Source: an uncultured delta proteobacterium (GTDB lineage Bacteria; Myxococcota; UBA727; VGSZ01). Taken from it: 64,000 nucleotides of DNA. Shown piece after piece: positions 30,068 to 41,893 of this stretch. The position numbers and the translations under genes are program-made. The notes under the pieces are model-generated. The model saw only the letters and a list, made by a program, of their open reading frames with translations, made no database searches and was not told the DNA's origin. The stretch covers positions 160,001 to 224,000 of the forward strand of contig CAVZJB010000011.1 of NCBI GenBank assembly GCA_963775425.1. The letters are read 5' to 3'. Positions within the stretch are counted from its first letter, which is position 1. Every line of letters begins with the position of its first letter.

Positions 30068-30541
30068 CTACTCGGCCGCCTGGCTCGTGGCCCGCTTCTG
30101 GAGGGCGTCGGCGTAGCGACGGGCGTGGCGCGCCTCCACCTTGGCGAGGCCGCGGAAGCGCTTCTCGGCCTTTTGGAGGGCACCCTTGAACAGCACGGCG
30201 TGGTCCTTGGACTCGCGGGCCTGCTCGTCGAACACCTCGACGGCGGCGTGCTCCTGCTCCGCCCGCGCCACGTCCGCGAACGCCGGGTACATCTGGCTCG
30301 TCTCGTACAGCTCGCCCTCCATGGCGGCGCGCAGCAGGTCGGTGACCTCGAGCTGCTCCGCCGGGAAGAGCTGCGACAGGTGCGCGAAGGCGTGGGCGGT
30401 CTCTTCGTCCGCCGTGGCCTCGAACAGGCGGGCGACCTCCTCGTCGCCCTTCAGGCGCGCGAGGCGGGCAAAGTACAAGTACTTCCGGTTGGCCATCGCC
30501 TCTCCGGCGAACGCGGCTTCGAGGTTCTCACGGGTCTTCAT
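30068..30541 (-). CDS. rbr: Rubrerythrin-family (erythrin-like) diiron protein
   Basis: NLEAAFAGEAMANRKY, EETAH, EGELYE..MYP, ESKDH; no C-terminal CxxC rubredoxin domain; AAGGAG RBS. Confidence 0.88.
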   Translation of the reverse strand: MKTRENLEAAFAGEAMANRKYLYFARLARLKGDEEVARLFEATADEETAHAFAHLSQLFPAEQLEVTDLLRAAMEGELYETSQMYPAFADVARAEQEHAAVEVFDEQARESKDHAVLFKGALQKAEKRFRGLAKVEARHARRYADALQKRATSQAAE

Positions 30542-30560
30542 GGCTGGTCTCCTTCCAGGT

Positions 30561-30575
30561 TTAGACACTGTCTAA
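30561..30575. promoter_or_regulatory. 7-1-7 palindrome, putative PerR/Fur-type operator
   Basis: TTAGACA-C-TGTCTAA, about 20 nt upstream of the rbr start. Confidence 0.7.
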
Positions 30576-30670
30576 CTTCCACCCGGGTGAGATGCACGGA
30601 TCCCGGAGGCGTTGCCGGCAGGCGTTGCGTCGGCGTCCGCGGCGCGCGCGCCGCGCGGTATGCTCGCGGC

Positions 30671-32068
<1,398 letters not shown>

Positions 32069-32069
32069 G

Positions 32070-32471
32070 TCAGCGCCGCTTGCGCCGGGCCTTGCCGTGC
32101 ATCACCACCTGGTACTCGCGAACGTCGAGCCCCTCGAGGGACTCGACGTTCTTCACCTTGAGCGCCTCCCACGGGACGTCGCGGATGGCGCCGGTGTCGT
32201 CGTCGATGAAGTGGTGGTGGGGCGTGGTCTTCGGGTCGAAGACCACGCGGCCCTCGGCGAGCACCAGTTGGCGGAGCAGCCCCTTGTCCACGAAGAGGTT
32301 GAGCGTGTTGTAGACGGTGGCGCGCGAGAGCACGGGCAGGTCGTGCTTCACGCGGGCGAACACCTGGTCCGCCGACGGGTGCTCGTCGGTGACGAGGACA
32401 TAGCGGGCCACCGCCACGCGTTGGGCGGACGGCTGGATGCCGTGCTCCTCGAGGGTCCGAATCGCGTCCAT
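32070..32471 (-). CDS. Fur-family regulator (PerR/Irr-like)
   Basis: SAQR, HPSADQV, SRATVYNTL, PHHHF; no CxxC. Confidence 0.9.
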   Translation of the reverse strand: MDAIRTLEEHGIQPSAQRVAVARYVLVTDEHPSADQVFARVKHDLPVLSRATVYNTLNLFVDKGLLRQLVLAEGRVVFDPKTTPHHHFIDDDTGAIRDVPWEALKVKNVESLEGLDVREYQVVMHGKARRKRR

Positions 32472-32475
32472 GAAT

Positions 32476-32490
32476 TTAGACTAAGTCTAG
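32476..32490. promoter_or_regulatory. Palindromic operator overlapping the -10 of the Fur-family gene
   Basis: TTAGACT-A-AGTCTAG; minus strand reads TAGTCT-N6-ATG. Confidence 0.7.
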
Positions 32491-32516
32491 ACCACGCGTC
32501 CGACAACTGCGCCGGA

Positions 32517-32900
32517 TCAGCGACCGGAGGGAGCGGCCGCGTCGCGCTCGCGGGCGAGGGCCGCCTCGAGGTCGGCGGCGGCGACGAACTTGAGCGACAG
32601 CCCGGAGGCCACCGCGATCGCCGAGCCCATCATGCGCACCAGGCTCGAGGGCGCAACGGCCAGGAGGCGCCTGACCTCGCGCTCCTTCATCGAGCGCAGC
32701 CACGGGACGGCCGGCTCGCGCACCGCGGGGTCGAAGCCGGTGACGGCGGAGGTGTCGATGTAGACGGCGAGCGGCACCCGCGCGTCCATGAGCGCGTCGG
32801 TGAGTCGTCGCAGCTCGGTGACGTCGGCGGCGGTGACGTGACCCTTGAAGATCCCGGCGATGACGTCGTCGTCGTGCCAGCGGGCGCTCACCTGCCCCAT
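32517..32900 (-). CDS. Small hypothetical protein, STAS/SEC14-like
   Basis: [16 protein letters not shown]...[11 protein letters not shown] pattern; follows the acyl-CoA dehydrogenase by 1 nt. Confidence 0.6.
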   Translation of the reverse strand: MGQVSARWHDDDVIAGIFKGHVTAADVTELRRLTDALMDARVPLAVYIDTSAVTGFDPAVREPAVPWLRSMKEREVRRLLAVAPSSLVRMMGSAIAVASGLSLKFVAAADLEAALARERDAAAPSGR

Positions 32901-32901
32901 G

Positions 32902-34710
32902 TCAGCCGAGCACCGGGTAGCCCCCGGCTTCGAGCACCGCGGCCGCGATGTGCTCGAGCGCCCGGAACTGGTTGGTGGGCCGCACGACGTGAAGCCGCTC
33001 GATGTTTCCGAAGATGACCTGCAGCTCGTCCTCCTCGGCGATGCTCGCCGCGAGGCGCCCCGCGTTCTGCACGACGCGATCGTAGGCGTCGGCGACGAGC
33101 AGCGTGGTCATCTCGCGCTGGATGGCGGTCTTGTCGCGGCCGAAGCTCGGGATGTTCTGCGCGGTGCGCGAGACGACGGCGTCCATGAGGTAGACGTCGA
33201 TCATCATGTCGGCGAGCGAGCCGAGGATGTCCTGGCGCTCTTCGAGCTCGGCCATGTGCTTCTGGATGGCGACGTTGGCCACGTACGTCACGATGCGCTT
33301 GCTCAGCTCCACCGAGCGCTTCTCGCGTCCCATGAGCGAGCCGTCGACGGAGAGCGGGATGAGGTCGGGGTTGCTGAGCTCCGCCTGAACCTGCGTGACG
33401 AAGTCGAGGAGCTTCACGCGGCCCATGACCGCGCGCTTCAACAGCGTGCCCGGGATGAGCAGGCGGTTCACCTCGTTTGTGCCCTCGAAGATGCGGTTGA
33501 TGCGCGCGTCGCGCGCGAGCCGCTCGATGGGGAAGTGCTCCGTGTAGCCGTAGCCGCCGAAGATCTGCAGTGCCTCGTCGATGGTGTAGGCGAGCTGCTC
33601 GGTGCCGTAGACCTTCAGGATGGCGCACTCGATGGCGTACTCCTCGAGCGCCTGCTGCACGCGCGACGCGTGGTCGTGGCCGACGGCCGTCGCGCGGCCG
33701 CCGTGGGCGATGAAGGCGTCGATGACGCCGGTGGTGCGGTAGCCCATGCTCTCGGTGGCGTAGATGCCGCACGCGATGCGCGCGAGCTTGTGGCGGATGA
33801 GGCCGAACTCGCTGATGGACTTGCCGAACTGTTTGCGCTCCTTGGCGTAGTCGACGGCGAGCTCGAGCGCGTACTTGGAGCCGCCGACGGCGCCGACACC
33901 GAGCTTCAGGCGCCCGATGTTCAAGATGCCGAACGCGATCTTGTGGCCCTTGCCGATGCGGCCGAGCAGCCGGTCCTTCGGGATGCGCACGTTGTCGAGG
34001 ATGACCTCGCACGTGGAGCTGCCGCGGATGCCCATCTTGTGCTCTTCGGGCCCGATGCTCACGCCCGCGTCGCCGCGCTCGACGATGAACCCCGTGAACT
34101 TCTCGCCGTTCACCTTGGCGAAGACGGTGAAGACGTCGGCGAAGCCGGCGTTGGTGATCCACTGCTTCACGCCGTTGAGCACCCAGTGCTCGCCGTCCTC
34201 GACCGCCGTGGTCTTTGCCGCCAGCGCGTCGGAGCCGCTGCCCGCCTCGGTGAGGGCGTACGCCGCGATGAGCTCGCCCGTCGCCAGCTTGGGAAGGTAC
34301 CGGCGCTTCTGCTCGTCGGTGCCGAAGAACACGATGGGCAACGAGCCGATGCCGACGTGCGCACCCATCGTCACCGCCCACGACGGCACGCACACCATCT
34401 GCTCCGTCACGAGCATCGACGTGGTCTTGTCCGTGCCGAGGCCGCCGTAGGCCTCGGGCACGTCGAGCATCAGCAGGCCGAGCTCCCCCGCGGCGCTCAA
34501 CAGCTCGCGCAGCACCCCCGGCTTCTTGGACTCGATCTCGCCGACGCGCGGGAGCACCTTGCCCATGGCGAAGTCCGACGCGGTCTTCGCGAACGCGATT
34601 TGCTCTTCGGTGAATTGCTCGGGCGTGAAGATCGACTGCTTGGCAATGGACTCGATGAGCCAGACGCCGCCGGGGTTCTCGACGTCGGAAGAGGTGGTGT
34701 CGTCAGCCAT
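32902..34710 (-). CDS. Acyl-CoA dehydrogenase (long, FadE-like)
   Basis: [55 protein letters not shown]. Confidence 0.96.
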   Translation of the reverse strand: MADDTTSSDVENPGGVWLIESIAKQSIFTPEQFTEEQIAFAKTASDFAMGKVLPRVGEIESKKPGVLRELLSAAGELGLLMLDVPEAYGGLGTDKTTSMLVTEQMVCVPSWAVTMGAHVGIGSLPIVFFGTDEQKRRYLPKLATGELIAAYALTEAGSGSDALAAKTTAVEDGEHWVLNGVKQWITNAGFADVFTVFAKVNGEKFTGFIVERGDAGVSIGPEEHKMGIRGSSTCEVILDNVRIPKDRLLGRIGKGHKIAFGILNIGRLKLGVGAVGGSKYALELAVDYAKERKQFGKSISEFGLIRHKLARIACGIYATESMGYRTTGVIDAFIAHGGRATAVGHDHASRVQQALEEYAIECAILKVYGTEQLAYTIDEALQIFGGYGYTEHFPIERLARDARINRIFEGTNEVNRLLIPGTLLKRAVMGRVKLLDFVTQVQAELSNPDLIPLSVDGSLMGREKRSVELSKRIVTYVANVAIQKHMAELEERQDILGSLADMMIDVYLMDAVVSRTAQNIPSFGRDKTAIQREMTTLLVADAYDRVVQNAGRLAASIAEEDELQVIFGNIERLHVVRPTNQFRALEHIAAAVLEAGGYPVLG

Positions 34711-34776
34711 ACGCCAAACCTAGCGCGATTCGTCACCGGGCCGCCCCCACGGCCGTCGACCGGCCGTCACGGGACG

Positions 34777-36741
34777 TCAGCAGCCGTTCGTGACGACCCA
34801 GCCGGGCGGGATGCAGGAGTCCTGGAACACCACGCACTGGCCGCTCACCGGATCCATGGCGGCCGTCACCACGTCGGCGCACTGGGCGGCGCACCAGCCG
34901 GAGCACACGGCGAGGTCGCTGTTGGGATCGTCGAGGCAGACGTCGGGGTCGAAGCGGCAGCTCCCGCGGGCGACCGTGCCGTCGGCGGAGGCGCACGCAG
35001 AGTCGTCCAGGCAGAAGGTGCCCGAGGCGCCGGTGTCGTCGACGCAGACGGGGCCGTCGAGCTCCACGGCGCAGCGCTGTCCGGCGGGGCAGTCGCCGTC
35101 GGCCTGGCACGTGGCGGGCGGCGCGAGCGGCGCGCACAGGCCGGGGCACTGCGCGACGAGGGCGCCGGGGCCGCAGGCGAGCAGGCTGAAGTCGCAGAAT
35201 TCGTCCGGGCTGCAGTCGGCGTCGGCGAAGCAGGTGGGCTCGACCTGCACGCAGACGTTGTCGGGGCGGCAATCGGGATCGCACGGGGGCGGCGCGACGC
35301 CGCTGCCGTCGCCGCCGGGGGCGGGGGGCTCGGCGCAGGTGCCGCACACGCTGACGGCGACGCAGGCGCCGCCGGGGCCACAGTCGGCGTCGCTGTTGCA
35401 CTCGGCCGGCGGCGGCGCGCCGTCGACGCAGGTGCCCTCGACGAAGCAAGGCGCGGCGCAGTTGAGGTCGTTGCCCGAGGGGTCGCACGCGGGGCAGGAC
35501 TCGACGAGCTCGCAGTGCTGGCCGTCGAGGCAGTCGGCGTCGGCGGTGCAGGAGGGGCTGGCGGGCACGCACACCGGCTGCGGCGCGGGCTGCGCGCAGT
35601 CGCACCCGTTGGGCGTGCTCGGGTCGCAGCCGCAGGGCGTCGAGCTGGTGCCGCCGTCGACGAGGGTGCAGCGGGGATCGGCGCTGCACTGATCGGGCGT
35701 GAGCGCGCCGCAGCTCTGATCGCTCGGGCCGCACACGCCGCTCTCGGTCCAACACTGATCGAAGCAGGTCTGGCTGCCGTCGGCGTTCACCTCGCAGCCG
35801 CTGCCGCACACGGTGGTGAGCGAGCAGACCTCGCCGGCGAAGCAGTCGGCGTCGCTGAAGCAGTCGCCGCCGTCCGAGGAGCGGGGCACGCAGACGAGGT
35901 CCGGCGGCGGCGGCGGCGCCGGGTCGGTGCCGGTGCAATTCGGGTCGGCGGCGTCGCACGGGGCGGGGGCGCCGTCGCTCCCGCCGCCGCTGGCGCCGGC
36001 GTTGGTGCCGTCGACGGACTTGAGGATGCAGTTGGGGTTCGACTCGCACGAGTCGGGCCCGAGGACGGAGCAGTCGTCGACGGCGCCGCACAGCGTGTTG
36101 CCCGCGGGGTCGTCGATGAGCTGGCAGCCCGGGCTGAGCTGGCACTGGTCGGGGGCGAGGCCGCGGCAGCCGTCGACGGGGACGCAGCCCAGCGCGCACG
36201 GATCGCCCGAGGGCGCGAGGCCGACCTCGGTGCCGGGCGGGCACTCGGGCAGGGCGACGCCGGCGCCGGCGCAGTTGGCGTCGACGCAGACGCCGGCGGG
36301 GGCGGGGAGCTGCGGGGCGGCGTCGCCGTTTTGGTCGGGCGGGGGCGCGGGGCGCTGGTTGGCGTCGCCGCCGTTGTCGATGAGCGCGCAGGCCTGGCCG
36401 GCGGCGCAGTCGGCGTCGGAGGTGCACGAGGCCGGAGCGTCGACGCAGCGGCCGTAGCAGGCGTCGGGGCAGGGGCCGTCCCCTTCGCAGTTGGGCGCGG
36501 GCTCGCAGAAGTCCACGCTGTCGCAGCGCTGGCCCGCCCCGCACTCGCTGCTGTCCCAGCACACGGTGACCTCGGGCGTGGTGCACTCGCAGATGGAGCA
36601 GCCGTCGCGGTCCTGCTTGTAGTCGTCGCACTGCAGGTCCGGGCAGACGTCGTCGAGGCTCGGGCACTGCGCCGCATCCACGAAGATGTTGCACCCGGGG
36701 AGGGCGGCGAGGGCGGCGACGAGGAGGAGGGCGCTGCGCAT
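34777..36741 (-). CDS. Cysteine-rich lipoprotein with CxxDxDC repeats and an antistasin-like N-terminal motif
   Basis: [17 protein letters not shown]; [21 protein letters not shown]; many C-x2-DADC-x5-C. Confidence 0.8.
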   Translation of the reverse strand: MRSALLLVAALAALPGCNIFVDAAQCPSLDDVCPDLQCDDYKQDRDGCSICECTTPEVTVCWDSSECGAGQRCDSVDFCEPAPNCEGDGPCPDACYGRCVDAPASCTSDADCAAGQACALIDNGGDANQRPAPPPDQNGDAAPQLPAPAGVCVDANCAGAGVALPECPPGTEVGLAPSGDPCALGCVPVDGCRGLAPDQCQLSPGCQLIDDPAGNTLCGAVDDCSVLGPDSCESNPNCILKSVDGTNAGASGGGSDGAPAPCDAADPNCTGTDPAPPPPPDLVCVPRSSDGGDCFSDADCFAGEVCSLTTVCGSGCEVNADGSQTCFDQCWTESGVCGPSDQSCGALTPDQCSADPRCTLVDGGTSSTPCGCDPSTPNGCDCAQPAPQPVCVPASPSCTADADCLDGQHCELVESCPACDPSGNDLNCAAPCFVEGTCVDGAPPPAECNSDADCGPGGACVAVSVCGTCAEPPAPGGDGSGVAPPPCDPDCRPDNVCVQVEPTCFADADCSPDEFCDFSLLACGPGALVAQCPGLCAPLAPPATCQADGDCPAGQRCAVELDGPVCVDDTGASGTFCLDDSACASADGTVARGSCRFDPDVCLDDPNSDLAVCSGWCAAQCADVVTAAMDPVSGQCVVFQDSCIPPGWVVTNGC

Positions 36742-37002
36742 GGGACTCCCGCGAGCAGCCATCATGCCACGAAAAAACGAGCTAAGTCCCCGATGTTTCG
36801 GGCTGTCTCCGCGGTTTTGACCCCGCACCTGCGATCTCGAGATCGCAGCCGAGCGCCTCGGTGGGCGTCGCGGCTCGTCCGCCGCCCCTGCGCGTCCGGG
36901 ATCCGCGCGCGCAAATTCGCGCCGCCTCGGACGGAGGTTCTTGAAGGGAGGCCCCCTTGTGGCCTCGGTTCCTTTGATCGATGGGCACGGCGAGGTGAAG
37001 AC

Positions 37003-37467
37003 ATGGCGAGCGGTGTGAACAAGGTGATCCTGGTGGGAAATCTCGGGCGCGATCCCGAGGTGCGCTACGTGCAGTCCGGCAACGCCGTGTGCACCCTGCG
37101 CCTCGCGGTCACCGAGCGGAGGAAGGACGGCGAAAACGGCTGGAAGGACCACACCGAGTGGATGGACGTCGTCACCTTCGGAAAGACCGCTGAAAACGCC
37201 GGCCAGTACCTGCAGAAGGGCCGCCAGGTCTACGTCGAGGGCCGCCTGCAGACGCGCCAGTACAAGGACAAGGAAGGCCAGGACCGCTGGCGCACCGAGG
37301 TCGTCGCCAACCAGGTGCTCTTCCTCGGCGGCGGCGGCGACCGCGCCGGCGGGCCACGCCCCTCGAGCGGCCGGCCCGCGTCGGCCCCCGCGGACCAGGG
37401 CGGCGGCGGCGGCGACGAGCCCCCGCCCCCGGACCAGGGCTTCATCGACGACGACCTGCCGTTCTGA
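37003..37467 (+). CDS. ssb: Single-stranded DNA-binding protein
   Basis: [29 protein letters not shown]-terminal DDDLPF; GAGGTG RBS. Confidence 0.98.
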   Translation: MASGVNKVILVGNLGRDPEVRYVQSGNAVCTLRLAVTERRKDGENGWKDHTEWMDVVTFGKTAENAGQYLQKGRQVYVEGRLQTRQYKDKEGQDRWRTEVVANQVLFLGGGGDRAGGPRPSSGRPASAPADQGGGGGDEPPPPDQGFIDDDLPF

Positions 37468-37470
37468 CGC

Positions 37471-37825
37471 GTGGCGCTCCGGGGCCTGCGCACGGTGCCG
37501 ATCCTGCGCTCGTTCGACGAGTCGCCGTGGTGCTCGGAGACGTGAAGCACGATGCCGGCCCGGCTCACCAGCGGCAGGTCGGGCTCGAAGCGGTGCTCCC
37601 AGTCGACCTGGAAGCCGAGGAAGCCCTCGTAGAGCGCCCGGCGTCCACATCCGCGTCGACGTCGAGGACGTCGCCGCGCTGCACACCGAGCTCACGGCGC
37701 GCAGGTACAAGAACATGCGGCCGGGCCTGGAGCGCCCGCCCTGGGGCGGCACCGAGCTCACGGTGATCGACCCGGCCGGCAACCACATCACGTTCGCCGA
37801 GCCGGATCCACCGGCCGGCGCGTGA
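37471..37825 (+). pseudogene. VOC/glyoxalase-superfamily gene disrupted by an internal inversion (~37518-37634)
   Basis: + strand TVPILRSFDE; - strand LYEGFLGFQVDWEHRFEPDLPLVSRAGIVLHVSEHHGDS; + strand PGVHIRVDVEDV...PWGGTELTVIDPAGNHITF*. Confidence 0.85.
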
Positions 37826-37850
37826 CGACGTCGCTCGTCGACGCCGGCGG

Positions 37851-39362
37851 CTACTTGTTGTCGGCGAGCTGCACGTAGTTGTCGTAGCGCGTCTGGATCT
37901 CGGAGACGTACTTCACGGGCTCGTCGCCGCGCGCGAAGCCGTGCTTCACCTGCGAGTAGTACTTGGGCTTGGACAACAAGAGCATCGCCTTCTCGACGTT
38001 GCCGAACCACCGGTTCCGGTTGAGACCTTGCTTCTCCGCGAGCTCGCGCGCGTCGTCGAGGTGCGCGGGGCCGACGTTGTAGGCGGCGAGCGAGAAGCGC
38101 ACGCGGTCCTTGAGCGCGAGGTCGGGATAGCGCTTCATCAGCTTGCCGAGGAAGCGCGAGGCGGCGTCGATGGCGCAAGGCGGCCGTTCGGGGTGATCGC
38201 AGCCGAGCTCCTTCGACGTCGACGGCAACAACTGCATGACGCCCACGGCGCCGAACGGCGAGCGCGCCTGCGGGTCGAAGCGGCTCTCCTGGTAGGCCTG
38301 CGCGGCGAGCAGGCGCCAGTCGACGTCCGCCTTCTCCCCGGCCTTGCGGAACAGCGGGTCCCACGGCGACAGGCGCCCCTCGCGGTCGGCGCGCAGGGTG
38401 TCGTCGCGCACGGCGGCCGTGCGCTTGAACGAGGAGTGGTACTTCGCGTAGGTCACGTTCCAGTCCGTGTCCTTGCGGTGGCGCGCGATGAAGTCGTCGA
38501 GGAGCGCCCAGAGCTTCACGTCCTCGCGGCGCACCGCCGGCGCCTCGCGGTCGGGGCCGCCCGGCAGCGTGAACGCGATCTTGAGGTCGTCGCGGTGCAG
38601 CAGCTCGACCTTGGCGATGCGCTCCTCGACGACGCACGCGGGGACCTCGCCGTCGGCGACGGCGTCGAGCAGGTCTTCGCTCTCGAGGCCCTCCACCGCG
38701 GCCTTGACGTCGACGCCGCCGACCGCGCGCAGGCGATGCAGGGCGCCCGAGGAATAGCGCACGAGGACCTCGAGGCCGTGGAGGTCGTCGACGCTCTCGA
38801 TCTTCGGGCCCTTCTTCTTCCGGGTGACGACCACCCACGGCGTCTCGAGGTAGGGGCGCGTGAGGTGGACGCGGTCGACGCGCGCGCTCTCCTCGGAGAA
38901 GCCCGCGAGGATCATGTCGGCTTTGCCCTCGAGGAGAAACGGCACGAGGTCGCGGCGCGTCGGCGACACGACCATCTCGAGGCGCACGCCGATCTCCTTG
39001 GCGATCCAGCGCGCGATCTCGTAGTCGAAGCCGGCCTCCACGCCCTTGTAGAGGAAGTAGCTCGTGGAGTTGTTGCGCGTGAGCACGCGGATGACGTGGC
39101 GGCGCTTGATGTCGTCGAGATCACCCGTGTACACGACGCGCCGGTGGCCGGTCATCGCGAGGGCGAAGCGGGCCTGGGCGTCGTTGGGGTCGTCGGGATC
39201 GGGGCCGTCCTCGACGGGGGGCAGGTCGGCGGCCTCCACCGTGCGCGGGTCCCGCGGCGGCGGGGGCGGCGCCGGCGGCGGCGGCGGCGGCGGGTGACCA
39301 ATGACGACGAACGCGCACGCGGCGGCGGCGGCGAAGAGCAGCGGGAGGACGACGCGCCCCAT
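37851..39362 (-). CDS. mltF: MltF-like lytic transglycosylase (substrate-binding domain plus SLT)
   Basis: TGDLDDIK..IRVL, GFDYE, AQAYQESRFDP, GAVGVMQL, LAAYNVG, GDEPVKYV. Confidence 0.85.
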   Translation of the reverse strand: MGRVVLPLLFAAAAACAFVVIGHPPPPPPPAPPPPPRDPRTVEAADLPPVEDGPDPDDPNDAQARFALAMTGHRRVVYTGDLDDIKRRHVIRVLTRNNSTSYFLYKGVEAGFDYEIARWIAKEIGVRLEMVVSPTRRDLVPFLLEGKADMILAGFSEESARVDRVHLTRPYLETPWVVVTRKKKGPKIESVDDLHGLEVLVRYSSGALHRLRAVGGVDVKAAVEGLESEDLLDAVADGEVPACVVEERIAKVELLHRDDLKIAFTLPGGPDREAPAVRREDVKLWALLDDFIARHRKDTDWNVTYAKYHSSFKRTAAVRDDTLRADREGRLSPWDPLFRKAGEKADVDWRLLAAQAYQESRFDPQARSPFGAVGVMQLLPSTSKELGCDHPERPPCAIDAASRFLGKLMKRYPDLALKDRVRFSLAAYNVGPAHLDDARELAEKQGLNRNRWFGNVEKAMLLLSKPKYYSQVKHGFARGDEPVKYVSEIQTRYDNYVQLADNK

Positions 39363-39389
39363 GGGGGCCCGAGCATACAGGACTCCCGG

Positions 39390-40415
39390 CCGCGTCGACG
39401 GCGCGCCGCAGCGTTTCGTGCCCCGCGTCGACGCTCCGTCGTGGGGCGCGGGCTCGTCCCGCGCATCGGATGTGCGGCGGCCGCGTCGACGCTCCGTCGT
39501 GGGCGCGGGCTTGTCCCGCGTCGACGCTGGCGCGGGCTCGTCCCGCGCATCGGATGCGCGGCGGCCGCGTCGACGCTCCGTCGTGGGCGCAGGCTTGTCC
39601 CGCGCATCGGATGCGCGGCCGCGTCGACGCTCCATCGTGGGGCGCGGGCTTGTCCCGCGTCGACGCTGGCGCGGGCTCGTCCCGCGCATCGGATGCGCGG
39701 CGGCCGCGTCGACGCTCCGTCGTGGGGCGCGGGCTTGTCCCGCGTCGACGCTCCGTCGTGGGGCGCGGGCTTGTCCCGCGTCGACGCTGGCGCGGGCTCG
39801 TCCCGCGCACCGGATGTGCGGCGGCCGCGTCGACGCTCCGTCGTCGGGCGCGGGCTTGTCCCGCGTCGACGCTCCATCGTGGGGCGCGGGCTCGTCCCGC
39901 GCATCGGATGCGCGGCGGCCGCGTCGACGCTCCGTCGTGGGCGCGGGCTTGTCCCGCGTCGACGCTCCATCATGGGGCGCGGGCTTGTCCCGCGCATCGG
40001 ATGCGCGGCCGCGTCGACGCTCCGTCGTGGGCGCGGGCATGTCCCGCGTCGACGCTCCATCGTCGGGCGCGGGCTTGTCCCGCGTCGACGCTGGCGCGGG
40101 CTCGTCCCGCGCACCGGATGTGCGGCGGCCGCGTCGACGCTCCGTGGGGCGCGGGCTCGTCCCGCGCATCGGATGGCGGCGGCCGCGTCGACGCTCCGTC
40201 GTGGGGCGCGGGCTTGTCCCGCGTCGACGCTGGCGCGGGCTCGTCCCGCGCACCGGATGTGCGGCGGCCGCGTCGACGCTCCGTCGTGGGGCGCGGGCTC
40301 GTCCCGCGCATCGGATGGCGGCGGCCGCGTCGACGCCCGTGCCCCGCGTGCCGGCCGCGTCGACGGTGCGCGTCATCGCGCGCGGCCTTGGCTGCGCCCC
40401 ACGCGTCGACGCCCG
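39390..40415. repeat. Intergenic mosaic repeat array of palindromic modules
   Basis: About 24 GCGTCGACG cores, interleaved with GGCGCGGGCTYGTCCC and CGCGCAYCGGATGYGCG modules in varying order. Confidence 0.9.
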
Positions 40416-40504
40416 CACGCTCTGCCGAACGGATCCGGAGATCTTCCGGGCGCGTGCTCCGTTTCCAGAGGAACCCCGCGCGCCGTCGCGCGGTCGAGGT
40501 GTCC

Positions 40505-40924
40505 ATGGCCCCCGCTCAGAGCCCCGCCGCCGCCCGCGCCTTACCCCTCGTCGCCTACGGCCTGCTCGGCCTCGCCGCCGCTGCCGCGCTCTTCGTCGCG
40601 CGCCCGGTCGCGCCGGGCGCGGAGGTGGGCGTACAGGTGAGCGAACAGACGCGCATCGAGACCCACATCGTCTCCGCCGTCCGCACCCTCGACGCCACGC
40701 GGCTCGCGGGTGTCTACCGCGCCGGCGACGCGCGCCTGATCCTCGCCGTCGACGGCACCTGGGCGGCCTTCGGCGCGGCCGTCGGCGGCGCGACCTCCGG
40801 CCGGTGGAGCGTCGCCGGCCCGATGCTCACCCTCGGCGTCGTCACCATCGCCCCCGACAGCGACGACGTCCTGCGCCTGCACGGCACCACCTGGGTCGCC
40901 GTCGCCGACGGAGGCTCGCGATGA
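40505..40924 (+). CDS. Hypothetical membrane-anchored small beta-rich protein
   Basis: N-terminal TM; LAGVY...DGTW...SGRWSV; ATGA overlap with the next gene. Confidence 0.6.
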   Translation: MAPAQSPAAARALPLVAYGLLGLAAAAALFVARPVAPGAEVGVQVSEQTRIETHIVSAVRTLDATRLAGVYRAGDARLILAVDGTWAAFGAAVGGATSGRWSVAGPMLTLGVVTIAPDSDDVLRLHGTTWVAVADGGSR

Positions 40925-41841
40925 AGCGCCGCTCGTTCCTCGGGCTCGCGGCGTCGTCCGCGCTGTGGCCCGCCTTCGTGCAGCGCGCCTTCGCCGCCGA
41001 GGGCCCCGGCATCGGCGTCGAGCACGGCGTCGACGACGTCGGGGCCGCCTTCCGCCGCGCCGCGCGCCGGGGCAAGCCGCTCCTTATCCTCGTCATCCCC
41101 GCCGACGACAGCGAGAAGTACACGCGCGGCGAGGTGTGGGGCGAGGTCCTCAACCACGGCAGCGACGACGCGCTCGCCGCCTTCGCCCTCGCCGAGGTCG
41201 TCTGCGCGACCACCGCGGCGATGAAGCGGGTGGTGCCCGCCGCGCCCGCCGGCGAGCCGCTGTTCGTCCTCGTCGAGACCGCGCGCATCCCGGCGCCCGC
41301 CGCGGGGTTCACCGCCGACCTGCCCGCGTACGACCAGATCCGCCGCTACGACAGCTCCGTGCCGTGGGAGGAGCGCCTTCGCCGCGAAAAGGAGACGAGC
41401 CTCGCCCGCATCCGGGCGCTCGGCGCCCTCGTCGGGGCCGCCGTCTTCGGCAGCGTCGGAGAGCGCCTCGCGGGCCGCGTCGCCCAGGCCGAGGCCGCGC
41501 TCTCCGCCGAGGACAAGCGCGCGCTCGCCGCCATCCTCGAGCGGGTGTCGCCGTCGCCGCCGCCCGCCGCTGCGCCCGCGCCCGAGGACCTCGCGCTCGT
41601 CGACCGCGCCGCCGCGCTCGTCGCCGCCGCCGGCCCCGACGGCGTCGCCCTCGCCGCCCGCGCCGCCCGCGCGCGCATCGTGGACAAGCCGCCGCGGGGC
41701 GCGAAGTGGGCGCACGGCGGCGGCTGCGGCGTGCGCGTCGAGGGCGACGACGACAACGTCGGCATCGCCTGCGGCATGGGCCACACCCCCGAGCTCGCGC
41801 AGCGCTTCCTCTACTTCTTCACCAAGGGCCCCTACGAGTGA
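40921..41841 (+). CDS. Tat-signal hypothetical protein with C-terminal Cys motif
   Basis: MKRRSFLGLAA...AFA; C-terminal GGCG...IACGMGHTPELAQRFLYFF. Confidence 0.8.
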   Translation: MKRRSFLGLAASSALWPAFVQRAFAAEGPGIGVEHGVDDVGAAFRRAARRGKPLLILVIPADDSEKYTRGEVWGEVLNHGSDDALAAFALAEVVCATTAAMKRVVPAAPAGEPLFVLVETARIPAPAAGFTADLPAYDQIRRYDSSVPWEERLRREKETSLARIRALGALVGAAVFGSVGERLAGRVAQAEAALSAEDKRALAAILERVSPSPPPAAAPAPEDLALVDRAAALVAAAGPDGVALAARAARARIVDKPPRGAKWAHGGGCGVRVEGDDDNVGIACGMGHTPELAQRFLYFFTKGPYE

Positions 41842-41893
41842 CCCGTCGTCGCCGCCACCGGGGCGCCGCGCGCCCGTCGTCGGGGCGCGGGAG

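Noticed and set aside
32845-37002. 1540-aa ORF fused to ssb
   Set aside because: Antisense shadow of the acyl-CoA dehydrogenase and Cys-rich genes; ssb has its own RBS and ATG at 37003
39390-40415. CRISPR array
   Set aside because: Intervening sequences are themselves repeated modules rather than unique spacers, the period is irregular, and no cas genes are present
39363-40418. Long repeat-encoded N-terminal extensions of mltF and of the + strand ORFs
   Set aside because: The repeat lacks stops in most frames; credible starts with signal/TM segments lie at 39362, 40505 and 40921
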